The notes under the pieces were generated by a model. That model worked only from the letters and a program-made list of their open reading frames with translations. It was not told the DNA's origin and did not search any database. A DNA stretch of 64,000 bases from Macrostomum lignano (Eukaryota). The position numbers and the translations under genes are program-made. The stretch lies in contig NIVC01001150.1 of NCBI GenBank assembly GCA_002269645.1, forward strand, positions 287,698 through 351,697. The letters are read 5' to 3'. Numbering within the stretch: position 1 is the first letter of the stretch; each line of letters opens with the position of its first letter. Of this stretch, positions 11,991-23,300 are shown one piece after another.

Positions 11991-13099
11991 GGAACAATTT
12001 AGCGCTGCACTGTCTCGCAAAAGCAATTTGACAATTTGCAAATGTTTTGCGGACTCCAACCAACTCGTCCGTCATACAGTCTGCCCCATTATAAAAAGCA
12101 ACTGGGCCCTAAAAATAGGCCGCCTGACAGCTCCACACGAGCTGTGACAAAAGCAAATTGGCAAGTCTGCTGCCACTAAAAGCAATCTCTCCTAGAGAAA
12201 AGTCCAAGCCAATTATCGCACCTGTGTAATGCCTCGCGCCAGTCTCAGACAGAAATGGCGTCTCCAGACTCATCAGTCATAAAAAACTGTTGCTGCCTGC
12301 AGGAGGGACACCGTAAAGAACGCAGCTTTTTAATCGCCGAGGGGCATCAGCGCCGAGTGCGACTCTAATGGTGGTCTGTGGGGCGAGTCGCAGCCCGTGT
12401 GATTGACAGCCCCGCTAATGCCTTCCTGGGCCCGGCCGGGTCTTGAGAGCGGCAGCGATGATGCCGTGCAGCATCAGTCAGTTTCTGATGGTGTAAAAAC
12501 AGCCCCGATGCCGGCTCTGCTTGCTGAGAGCAAACAGCCTCAGTGTCTCCCCCGCAGCAGCATTGTTGCCATTCGGTGAGCACAGGCAGCCTCTTGCTGG
12601 CGCGCCGAACCACTTTGCTCAGGTGGGCAGCTCAGGCAGTCCCGTGTTTGCCAAGGCCTGGTCAGGTGCGGGTGACTGCTGCTGTTTCTTGGAAGTCTAC
12701 CTAATCGCTTTGTGATCGATTGCCTATTTTTAAAACAATAAAAAATCCGAACGATGAAGGATTGAGGGAAGCTGAGACCTGCCTAAGCTGGGGGGGGGTA
12801 AGTGATGAGGCTCAATAATTCTGCAGCGGCGCGGGATGGCTGGCTTCAGCAGCAGGAAATCTATCTTCGGTCATTTGATGACGGACTGGAGGCCGCAGCT
12901 CAGACGAAGCTGGGACATTTTTGGATCTGCCTACGGCTTCTTTGGGAATAAAGAATCTCAAAGAGCCTCTGAAATAGCCGAAGAACTCCGCGGCACTGCA
13001 GCGGAGGCTCCCGTGTCAATCATAATTAGCTCCACTTCGGCTCACAGGGACTCACTAGGGGCCTTGCAACCTAATCGCGTCGCTTGCGCCCCCGTCAGT

Positions 13100-13163
<64 letters not shown>
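13100..13163. repeat. (TAAG)n microsatellite
   Basis: ~15 perfect TAAG units. Confidence 0.97.
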
Positions 13164-13265
13164 GGCACACTGTACTTTCAAGAAATAGGAAAAGGAAAAT
13201 CAGGACTAGCAAAATCATTGCTGGGAGAATTAAATTATATTGGCCTAAAGGAGTTACGAGCGTAT

Positions 13266-14050
13266 GTGTCTGCAGCTGACATGGCCGGAGATTGCAGGTG
13301 TCTGCAGCTGACATGGCCGGAGATTGCATGTGTCTGCAGCTGACATGGCCGGAGATTCCAGGTGTCTGCAGCTGACAAGGCCGGAGATTGCATGTGTCTG
13401 CAGCTGACATGGCCAGAGATTCCAGGTGTCTGCAGCTGACATGGCCGGAGATTGCATGTGTCTGCAGCTGACATGGCCGGAGATTGCATGTGTCTGCAGC
13501 TGACATGGCCGGAGATTGCAGGTGTCTGCAGCTGACATGGCCGGAGATTGCAGGTGTCTGCAGCTGACATGGCCGGAGATTGCAGGTGTCTGCAGCTGAC
13601 AAGGCCGGAGATTGCATGTGTCTGCAGCTGACATGGCCGGAGATTGCAGGTGTCTGCAGCTGACATGGCCGGAGATTGCAGGTGTCTGCAGCTGACATGG
13701 CCGGAGATTGCAGGTGTCTGCAGCTGACATGGCCGGAGATTGCAGGTGTCTGCAGCTGACATGGCCGGAGATTGCATGTGTCTGCAGCTGACATGGCCGG
13801 AGATTGCAGGTGTCTGCAGCTGACATGGCCGGAGATTGCATGTGTCTGCAGCTGACATGGCCGGAGATTGCAGGTGTCTGCAGCTGACATGGCCGGAGAT
13901 TGCAGGTGTCTGCAGCTGACATGGCCGGAGATTGCAGGTGTCTGCAGCTGACATGGCCGGAGATTGCATGTGTCTGCAGCTGACATGGCCGGAGATTGCA
14001 GGTGTCTGCAGCTGACATGGCCGGAGATTGGGCTGTCCGCAGCTGACATG
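13266..14050. repeat. 32-bp minisatellite, ~24 copies
   Basis: Unit GTGTCTGCAGCTGACATGGCCGGAGATTGCA(G/T). The 32-aa periodicity of the overlapping ORFs (3 x 32 nt) confirms the period. Confidence 0.95.
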
Positions 14051-14619
14051 CAGCTAATGTTTTTCAAAGTGACAATGTAAAAACTATTGCAATTGATCTC
14101 GCCAATCCAAACTAGACTGAGTGATGGCAAATAGCATTCAATTCTTTTGCATCTCAACGCAAGGACGGCTTACTTACAAATAAAATGCATTCTTAAGCCC
14201 ATAATAAAGTGTTTTAGCCGTCAGCGGTTTACAATGCTGCCCAAATTCAGGATAAAACACGAGTGATCGACAATATTGCAAGTACTCTGTGCATAGCTGC
14301 TCAGACTCACAAGTCTTATCTCGGGTAAGAGAATTTCGGGGTGGGCGCACCGCGCATTCAAGTGACGCGAACGGGCCAAGATTCGTCCAATGCACATTAA
14401 TTGTACGCTGCCACAAATGCAGTACGTACTCTCGTACACTCCAGCACGTTGCTATGGGAACACAAGAGAGACCATAGCGGGAGGAATTGTGCATTCGAAG
14501 GTAAAAATGATTCCCACGCTGGCTTGCCAGGGTTTAACTGAAAGCAATTAAAAACAGAAGCAGGCCTTTTAAATCTTTCTCAGGCCATCTCTGAGTCCGC
14601 CCAATTCAGCACCGCAACA

Positions 14620-16950
14620 ATGGACAGCGCGAGCAAGCAAGAGGATGGCAGCGCCAAGCAGCGGCTGCCCAGCGCGAGCAAGCAAGAGGATGGCAGCGCC
14701 AAGCAACGGCTGCCCAGCGCGAGCAAGCGAGAGGATGGCAGCGCCAAGCAACGGCTGCCCAGCGCGAGCAAGCAAGAGGATGGCAGCGCCAAGCAACGGC
14801 TGCCCAGCGCGAGCAAGCAAGAGAATGGCAGCGCCAAGCAACGGCTGCCCAGCGCGAGCAAGCAAGAGGATGGCAGCGCCAAGCAACGGCTGCCCAGCGC
14901 GAGCAAGCAAGAGGATGGCAGCGCCAAGCAACGGCTGCCCAGCGCGAGCAAGCAAGAGGATGGCAGCGCCAAGCAACGGCTGCCCAGCGCGAGCAAGCAA
15001 GAAGATGGTAGCGCCAAGCAGCGGCTGGCAGTGCTGGTGTGCGGACACTCCGCCAGTCGCCAGTGGCTGAACGCAGCATCTGAAAAGTTGCAGGCGGTCA
15101 GCGACAGACGTATCGAATGCCGTGAGGCCACAGAGGTGGCGCCTCGCAGCCTTCGCGCCCGCGCCCGCCTCGTACAGGCGAGCGGAGCGGCGCTGGTGCT
15201 GGCTGAGGCGCGACTACAGCGGAGTCCAATTCTAATGGAGCTGATCAACTTCATCCATGCCAGCGGCTTGCCAATCGCGGTGCTGCTGATGCAGAGCTTC
15301 TACGAGCCTAGTGGCGCCCTGGCCGCCATCGGCACCGCGCATGACTGCATCCTCAGTGGCGCCGGAGATCCAGCCTCCGACTGGGCCAGCCGGGCGGCCT
15401 CGCACCTGATGTCCCGCGCTAAGCCGGTGCGAGCCGCCGCGGCCGCTGGCGCAACTGACGACGCAGACGAGAAGCAGCTGGTTGGAGTGGAGGCGGCCAG
15501 CAAGGCGGGTGGGTCGGGGGTTTTCCTCTCCTACCAGCCAGACGGGGAAAAGGCGGTTGCACTGGTCCAGACCAGTCTTAGCACCGCCGTGCGCTGCAGA
15601 CCGGACCGCCGAAACCGGGAGGCCATCGAAGCGTGCCGTGTGTTCGTTGCCATAATGTCTCCCGGGTACGAGGCCAGTGCCGACTCGCTGCACGATCTTG
15701 ACTTCGCCCGCCTGCGCCGCAAAGAGGTGGTGCCGGTGAACGCCGTGCCGAAGGCGCAGAAGTGGCGACCCTCCGGCTGGCTGGCGCTGGCAGTGGCCGG
15801 CCGGCTGTACCACCGACTGTCGGACGAGGCGTCGGCGGCGGAGCAGCACTACGACTCCACACCGCTGAAAGACTTCGTTGCCGCTGTTCAAGCTGGCCTA
15901 CAGGACAGACCGACTGAGGAGGAAGCCGAGGCGGCCGAAGTTCGGGCCCTGACCGCTGAGGCGGAGGCCTGCAAGAAGGAGCTGCTTGACTTGGGAGGCA
16001 CTTGGCCGCCCGCTGAAAAGTCAACAGCGATGGAGCTTAGTCAGGCTTTTAAGCACTTGACGGTGGAGGAGAGCCAACCAAAGACGCAGGCCAACCTTCC
16101 CTACAACCTGATCCAATATAGCGTAACTCGAATGTCGCTGGAGCCGCCGAAGCCGCTGTTTGACGCCAGAGGCGTGCCGATCGTCCGCAGCTTTGACGCG
16201 ATGCTGTCCTACCAGTGGGCATCGCAGGACTTGGTGCGGACGTTTCGCGAGCAGCTCAGCGTGTACAATGTGGACGCCTGGATGGACATCTGGGGCGGCA
16301 TGCAGGGAAATGTCAACGACAGCATGGCTAGGGCGGTGGAGAGCTCCAGGATGATCGTCTGCTTCTTCACTGCTAAGTACCAGCAGTCAGCCAACTGTCT
16401 GCTGGAGCTGAAGTACGCGGTGCGTAGAGACCGGCCGCTTCTCTTCCTGCTGGTGGAGCCATCGACCCGGCCGCTGGACTGGGTGTCCGAGCTCATGGCC
16501 AAATCAGTTGTGATTCCCTTCACTGGGATGAGCGACGCTCCCAAGCTTGAAGACGGAATTCCCCGGTTGGTCCGCGTCATCGAGACGGTCAAGAAGGTCT
16601 CGGCTCATGAAGCGCTGCGACCGCGCAGGCGAGAAGACGTCAGCGAGGAGGTCTACCGGCTTGAGAGGCAGATCAGCGCCGCCAAGGACGCCGTCCACGA
16701 GCTGAAGGGCACTCAGCGGTTCAGCACCTGCAGTCGCTGCTCGGTGAAATACGACCCGACATCGGTGGGTTCCGATTCCTGTGCCAAGCACTCGGCCTAC
16801 TACATCGGGGGCAACATCATGGCTGGGCGGTGGGTCTGCTGCAGCCAGACGGACACGAAGGCGCCGGGCTGCAGCAAGGCGCCGCACATCAGCGAGCCCC
16901 GACAGTGGGCCACCATCACCGGCGGCGCCAAGAAGTGGCTTCCCGAGTAG
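14620..16950 (+). CDS. Intronless multi-TIR-domain protein (776 aa): 9 x 15-aa repeat, three TIR_2-like domains, coiled segments, C-terminal Cys/His finger
   Basis: TIR3 is clear: FDAMLSYQW..AWMDIW..SMARAVESS..FTAKYQQSANCLLELKYA. TIR2 reads FLSYQ..AIEACRVFVAIMSPGYEAS..DLDFA..WRPSGWL. TIR1 is degenerate (PILMELINF..FYEPSGAL). C-terminus CSRC..CAKH..RWVCC..PGC..H is BTK-motif-like. Confidence 0.85.
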   Translation: MDSASKQEDGSAKQRLPSASKQEDGSAKQRLPSASKREDGSAKQRLPSASKQEDGSAKQRLPSASKQENGSAKQRLPSASKQEDGSAKQRLPSASKQEDGSAKQRLPSASKQEDGSAKQRLPSASKQEDGSAKQRLAVLVCGHSASRQWLNAASEKLQAVSDRRIECREATEVAPRSLRARARLVQASGAALVLAEARLQRSPILMELINFIHASGLPIAVLLMQSFYEPSGALAAIGTAHDCILSGAGDPASDWASRAASHLMSRAKPVRAAAAAGATDDADEKQLVGVEAASKAGGSGVFLSYQPDGEKAVALVQTSLSTAVRCRPDRRNREAIEACRVFVAIMSPGYEASADSLHDLDFARLRRKEVVPVNAVPKAQKWRPSGWLALAVAGRLYHRLSDEASAAEQHYDSTPLKDFVAAVQAGLQDRPTEEEAEAAEVRALTAEAEACKKELLDLGGTWPPAEKSTAMELSQAFKHLTVEESQPKTQANLPYNLIQYSVTRMSLEPPKPLFDARGVPIVRSFDAMLSYQWASQDLVRTFREQLSVYNVDAWMDIWGGMQGNVNDSMARAVESSRMIVCFFTAKYQQSANCLLELKYAVRRDRPLLFLLVEPSTRPLDWVSELMAKSVVIPFTGMSDAPKLEDGIPRLVRVIETVKKVSAHEALRPRRREDVSEEVYRLERQISAAKDAVHELKGTQRFSTCSRCSVKYDPTSVGSDSCAKHSAYYIGGNIMAGRWVCCSQTDTKAPGCSKAPHISEPRQWATITGGAKKWLPE
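14626..15027 (+). repeat. Coding 45-bp tandem repeat, 9 copies (SASKQEDGSAKQRLP)
   Basis: Units start at 14626, 14671 ... 14986, in frame from the third codon of the TIR ORF. Confidence 0.95.
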
Positions 16951-18860
16951 CAACTGGCCGTCACAGTTGCTCTCTCCACTGAGTCAGGTCACCCCTCTGC
17001 ATGTCTAGTTTTAGAAGCTGCTCAACACCTGCTGGGATCATGCAGTTTTGCACTGGGCAGTTAACTTTGAACAAATTAGGAGTAATATTTTTGCACTGAC
17101 TCTGTTGAGTTGCATGCTATCTTCAAAACTGAAATTTACGTTTTCGATATCCAACAAAAAGACTTAAACAAAGATTTTTTTAATATAAAAGAAGGCTTAT
17201 TAAAAACCTTACTATGCGTTTCAATTGTTGAAAACAGTCTAATCACAGTGTCACGTTATTGGCGTAGCGGCCAGCTATGCGGTGACCCTTAAAAGGGCCG
17301 TTTCAGTCCCAAAATAAGTTGAAGTCAATTCTTGTAAAGCGGATTTTGTAGCGGAGCACTTGGCGATAAAGGCAGGAACTGCCGTAGTTGTCTTTATTAT
17401 CAATATAAATAGTAAGTTTGGTTGTTACTGGCAAATAACAAACTTTGGTTTCCTGGGCACTGGCGGCTGCAACAATGGTTTCTTTCAAGATAAATTGGAT
17501 GTGAGTTCAAGCGACAGACGAGTGATGTAATGGCGACGTGACGTGAGCAGTGGCTATGAGCACAGTGAAGGCAGTGAAACGTAGTGGCGAGTTTGGCGTC
17601 GGTCGTGGCGTGAGACAGTCAAGTGTGTGAGCAGGCTGGCCCAGACAGAAGGGCCGTGGTGAGAAATAAGGAGGCTCGAGGCAGCCAGACAAACAGATAA
17701 GACAGCTAAGAGGCAGCAGGGAAGGAAACAAGGAACAAGCGGAGTGCCGCCGCCAGGCGGGGGGGGTTAATAAAAGAGCGCAGAGGGGGGTAGCGCGAGC
17801 ACGAGTGATTTCATTGGCTGGCGAGAGAACTTAAAATTATCGATCGTGCCAATTTTATACGGTCGCGAGAGAGGATAGCAAAATATACAGTGAATTAGAA
17901 ATTGCCACAAAATCGTTGGGCACTACTACAAGTAAACGTCGCAATAAACGAATGGAAAAGTTTAGTTGAAACGGTGAAACTGAAGGGTTGAAACTATAGA
18001 GAAACAGCAGTCCAACGGCCCTTTTCGGGACCACCTTAAACTGACAACGTCACACACAGGATGTCTTTTTACACCTTTTTGCGTTCTATTTCGATAAAAC
18101 TGCATTCAAGTTCGGCAAACTGGCTTTCATTTTCGGCATCAGCTATGGCCGCAAATCCAAACTGCATTCGAATTCGACAAACCTAGAAACAATTTAGGCA
18201 AACTGCATTCAATTTCAGCATTGTATATTCAATTTCGACAGCCACCGCCTCAGACACAGACTGTCTATGGAAATAAGCGCATCTTAACCCAAAACTGATT
18301 TTCAATTTCGGCAAACTGCACTCAATTTCGACACGGAAAATATCGATCGAAGAGAGAGGTTAAAGAGAGGCATTTGGAGTACAGTGTAAACCGCAATAGC
18401 TGAAGAAACAATTAAACGCGAAGAAACAAAGCACATAGGAAGAAACGATTGCACACCGAGGAAATAATATCGAGGAAATATCGAAGAAATAACCTCGTGA
18501 ATTAAATAGCTCGTATAAGTCATGCAATATTTAAACCTCAAAGAATCGGTGATCCGTGTTGTAATACCGGCTAAAATGCGTGCCTCGCCCATAGATCTTA
18601 TATAAGATCTATATAAGATTTTTGCCTCGCCATCTACATGTATAGATTTGCGTCAGTGAGCAAGGACACCATCTGATCTTCCAGTAAAAACGGACATCCA
18701 CGGCAATCGATGTCGGTAGGTGCGTCCTGCTTCAAGCTGCTGCACGGCTTCGCCATTGCCTTCCTCATTATTCCGCCTGCATGGGCTTACTGGTGTTGAG
18801 ACTCTGGGTAATCCCTGCAAACACGGCGTCACGTACTGCACAACAGCAGGTGTTGCTGCA

Positions 18861-19147
18861 CACAGGGTGTCACTGCTGCATGACTAAGGCTGTCACTGCA
18901 CAGGATGTCACTGCATGACAAAGGGTGTCACTGCATGACAAAGGGTGTCACTGCACAGGGTGTCCCTGCATGACAAAGGGTGTTACTGCACAGGATGTCA
19001 CTGCATGACAAAGGGTGTCACTGCGTGAAAAAAGGGTGTCACTGCATGAAAAAGGGTGTCACTGCACAGGGTGTCGCTGCACAAGGTGTCACTGCACAGG
19101 GTGTCACTGCATGACAAAGGGTGTCACTGCACAGGGTGTCACTGCAC
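18861..19147. repeat. Composite 15/20-bp minisatellite (CAGGGTGTCACTGCA / TGACAAAGGGTGTCACTGCA)
   Basis: Repeated GGGTGTCACTGCA core with two alternating spacers. Confidence 0.9.
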
Positions 19148-19306
19148 ACAGCACCAAGCCACGCCGCTAAAGTTGGCTTCACTAAAGATGGCGCGCGCCA
19201 GCGAAAAAGTGACAACACACTGACGTGTCACTATTTTTTCACAAATCGATCGAGAACATCCTATAGCTATATACTAAAAATATTTCCAGTGACATTGACA
19301 TTAACT

Positions 19307-19464
19307 CTGTGATCAGAGTGGGTGAGCTAGCAGGCGGGCAGCTGTCTCTGTGATCAGAGTGGGTGAGCTGGCATGGTGGATAGCTGTCCCTGTGATCAGA
19401 GTGCATGGGTGAGCTGGCATGGTGGATAGCTGTCCCTGTGATCAGAGTGGGTGAGCTGGCAGGA
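19307..19464. repeat. ~41-bp minisatellite, ~4 copies
   Basis: CTGTGATCAGAGTGGGTGAGCTGGCA... repeated four times. Confidence 0.85.
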
Positions 19465-20362
19465 CTATTCAATCCTTTAAAAGCCGCGCTTTAATATCTA
19501 CCTTCATTCAGTCTTGAAATGAGCATATGCAAGCACAAGCTGTAAGAAATACTCATAAATTAAGGATTAATGAGAAAATTCAATTCTAAATATTTTGCTT
19601 GGATGATATTGATCGATATATTAAAACGAAATGATTCGGGATACACACAAATTTAAACATGGCAGCAAAGAAAGGAGAAGAGAACCAAAAAAGTAAATTA
19701 CTCATTTACAAATTTATTATTGTCTTCCAAGTTTCCTTTGCAAATGGATTAATATTTCGGTTTCATATGAGAAACCAAAGCGATCTCGAGAGACCAAGCA
19801 AAGCAAGTCGCACTGTGCATTTCCAGAGGTGGACATGTTTGACCACCCCAGATTTTCACCATAACCAATACATCACATTTGTCTGGAGAATCTGTCGACA
19901 GGTTGTTGAGAAACCATCGTTTTTTCTGATTTTCATTCTTTTTTATGCATTTTCTTTAACAGTATGCAATGAACATAAATATTTTGAATACCTTAAATTT
20001 TCCTTGGCAGTCATTCTCAAATTTGTCTAAATTTCCATTTTTTTAACTTTAACCGTCCGCGCCTTTCCTCGGATCGTTCTTTTTGTTATTTTCTGTCGAC
20101 TTTCTTGCTTTTAAAATCTACAAAGGCATTAATTTCCGTCACCTAGTAGAGAATTGGTAAAACAAAATTAAATAGGCATCTGCTTTCAAACCTCAGCACT
20201 AGATGCTTATCGCGTATCATTTACAGATTCTATGTAAAGTGCAAACGAGCGCAAAACTATACAAATTTCCCTAAAAGAATCAGGCTTTTAAGTAGAAAAA
20301 TGTGCAGTTAAAATCAAAATCTGAGTTAGTAGTCAGGTAGTCACGCAGTGAGCCTGCCCAGC

Positions 20363-23300
20363 TCAGTCCATGTTCACCAGCATTATGGCGCTGATGGGGC
20401 TGCGGCAGAGCGGGCACGTGTCCAGGTTTTTGGCACACCTGGAGCAGCAGCACAGATGATTGCAGTTTAACAATGTCACATTGATGATGCTGTCCATGCA
20501 CACTTTGCAGGCTCTCCAGTCCAGCTCCTCATCGCCCAGCGGCTTGGGCTCCCGGTTGCTGATCAGAGACTGGTCCCGCTGGGCCCGCTCGAAAAACTCG
20601 CGGCCGCTGAGTCCCTGCGAGTGGCGCTGCCTGAGCTGCGTCAGGGTGCTCTCCAGGAACAGCTCGCTGCTCTGAAAGTCGTCGCCGGCGGTCTTCAGCT
20701 GGAGGAACTGCGCAGTCTTGGCGTCATCGGGGTCGCAGCCCAGCTGCAGGAGGCCCAGCGCGGGCGGGAAGTCCTCGCGGGCCTTGAAGAAGCGCGGCTC
20801 GATGCGGTAGTCGACCAGAGAGGCGGTGGCGGACGGTGCCGACGGGTCCGCCGCGATTGGCGCCGTCTCGCTCGCGGCCGGCAGCGGCTGCAGCGGGTAG
20901 GGCGGGTGGCGGGCACGGCTGTACAGCACGAAGGCGTGCCCGCGCTCCAGCAGCAGGTGGCAGCAGCGCGGCGACCACCGGGCGTGCTCAACCCAGGGAT
21001 CGTCCTCCCCAGCCAAGTGCAGGACGCGCAGGCCGCACCAGTGGCAGGCGGTGGCGCCCAGCGGCTGGCCAGCCAGCGGGAAGAAGCCCGCATCGGCCAG
21101 CTGGTCGGCCGGCACCGGGCGAACGGAGCCGGACAGGCGGGCGAGCGCCTCCTGACGGCAGCGGCGGTCCCGCCAGGCGGGGTGGCACATGGGATGGTAG
21201 GTGGCGGCCTTACCACTGCCGGCAGCGATCTGCAGGCTGCGGGCCAGCAGTTCCAGATTTCCAGCAGCAGTCGGACTGCAGGCAGCAGCGGCTGTGGCTG
21301 AGGACACCGGCGGGCGCGGCCGCCTGCTGAGTTGGGCCTCGCGCTCCAGCTCCGAGTCGGCCTGCTGGAGTGGCGCAGCAATGGCGGACAGATTCTCAGC
21401 GGCAATGGCGGCAGTGCTGGCAGGCTGGCTGTCAAATTCGGCAGTGGCAGCCACAGGGACCACCTCGGCCTCGGTGCACTGGGTGGACAGCCTGACTTTG
21501 GCATCCTCGGGCTTCTGGATTGGCACATTGCCAACATCCAGGCTGAGCAGCATGGGGCAGGTGGCAAATCGCAGGCGGTGGGCTTCAGCCACATCCTCAT
21601 TTGGGTCCCAGTTGAACAGAGTGCCGAGGCAGAAAGCACATTTCACCCGATCCGATTCCTACATTGGATTAAGATTGTTAATGATGTGAATATAGCTAAA
21701 TATAGTGAGCAATTAGTTCTATGAAAAGATAGGCTTATTTGATACCATCTTTTTCCTTTGCAATAATTTATATCTAATTGACTCTGATCTATTAATTTTA
21801 ATGATATTATGCATTAAATTTGCTTTATCTGCATTAGCTCTTTATGCAATATCAGCCATGAGCTACACAAACAATAAGCACAATGTAGCAGACTATAAAT
21901 TAGACTTTTCAAGGGTTGGGGCAAATATGGTAGTTAAGCATTAGCCTAGTTATGGTAAATGGCATAGTAGTTAAGTATAAGCCAAGTTATTGCAAGAAAG
22001 CATTTATTGGGCTTATGCTCAACTACTATGCTATCTGCCCTAACTTCTGGAAAGTTGGTTCATATTCTAATAAATATTGATATATATATAAGAAATTTTA
22101 ATCTAGGCTAAACTAGAGGAATAGACTGGTTGGTATATATATATATATGTATATATATATTAATATATTATATATACATATATTAAATTAATAATTATTA
22201 AGTATTTATATATAATTAATATATAATAATTAATATATATTAAATGGAAATACTATACTTATATTATGCATAAATAAATAGGAATGTATGTTGGGCCCTA
22301 CTAATGAATAGTAAGAAATATTCAAACATTTATTGAGATATTCTAAGACTTATTAAAAAATAAATCTTTAGAATTTAGATTTAATTTGGTAATTTTTAGT
22401 TAAGAAGAGCCTTAACTTTGGTTTAGTAACAATAATACTATAGGATTAACTAAAGATCTTTACCATAATTTTTAATATCAGTAATATAAGTAATAATAAA
22501 TAAAAGAGTTCTAAAAACAATTGTTACTAAATAATATAACTTTTTATTTAGGCCTAAGTATTAAAAAGACATTGCTATATATTAATATTATTATCAAGTC
22601 ATAATATCTATAGTAAAGTCATAGCTAAAAAAATATTAGTTATAATATTGTAAAATTCTTATTATTTTAGGTTTATTTCTTATGATATGGGTTATATAAA
22701 AGATGTAACAAACTATATAACTATAACTAAGTCTATTATTAGTCAACTATACATATTTACAATAGATGATCTATTTATAACATTCAATATTTACCTGTAA
22801 GTAGAAAAAACCATTTGCTGCCAGTGTCTCTGGTTTTTGACCAGTCTTGAATTTAACTTGCTTGCCACTTAGGTTGAATGAAGATAAACGATTTACTTCA
22901 TATTTCATATTTGATTTTTCTATAGGAATACCAGCAGGTAGGTGGCTCATGTCAAATGGTCGATCTTTGAAATTCAAAATTTGTGGCTCACATTGGACTG
23001 ATGTAGACCTTCTAGGAGAAATCTGCTTGTAATGCTTTAGTTGAATACAAAGCTTATAAGCACTTACATAGCCTTTACTCACAACACTTTCTTGCAACTT
23101 CAGTAGTTTTTTATCACAATAGAATTTATAACCTCTGCTTAAAGCTGCTATGATACAGTCAAGAATTCCTATTGATTTGATAAGATCATCATCATTAGGT
23201 CTAGAAGAAGCCACAGACACGCTGATTTTACTTCTGGATAAGTAGTCCATTAACCGCTGTATTTCTGCGATATAAAATAGTAGGCAAATACATTTGTCAG

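Noticed and set aside
12365-13108. Short ORFs upstream of the TAAG tract
   Set aside because: Frequent stops, no recognisable domain, and no consistent splice model.
13042-14157. 371/244/254-aa Cys-rich ORFs
   Set aside because: All three frames of the 32-bp minisatellite; no unique domain.
20621-21689. Overlapping alternative-frame and antisense ORFs in the IAP, TIR, NUBPL, ARMC9 and LINE regions
   Set aside because: Expected shadows of very GC-rich coding sequence; no recognisable motifs.
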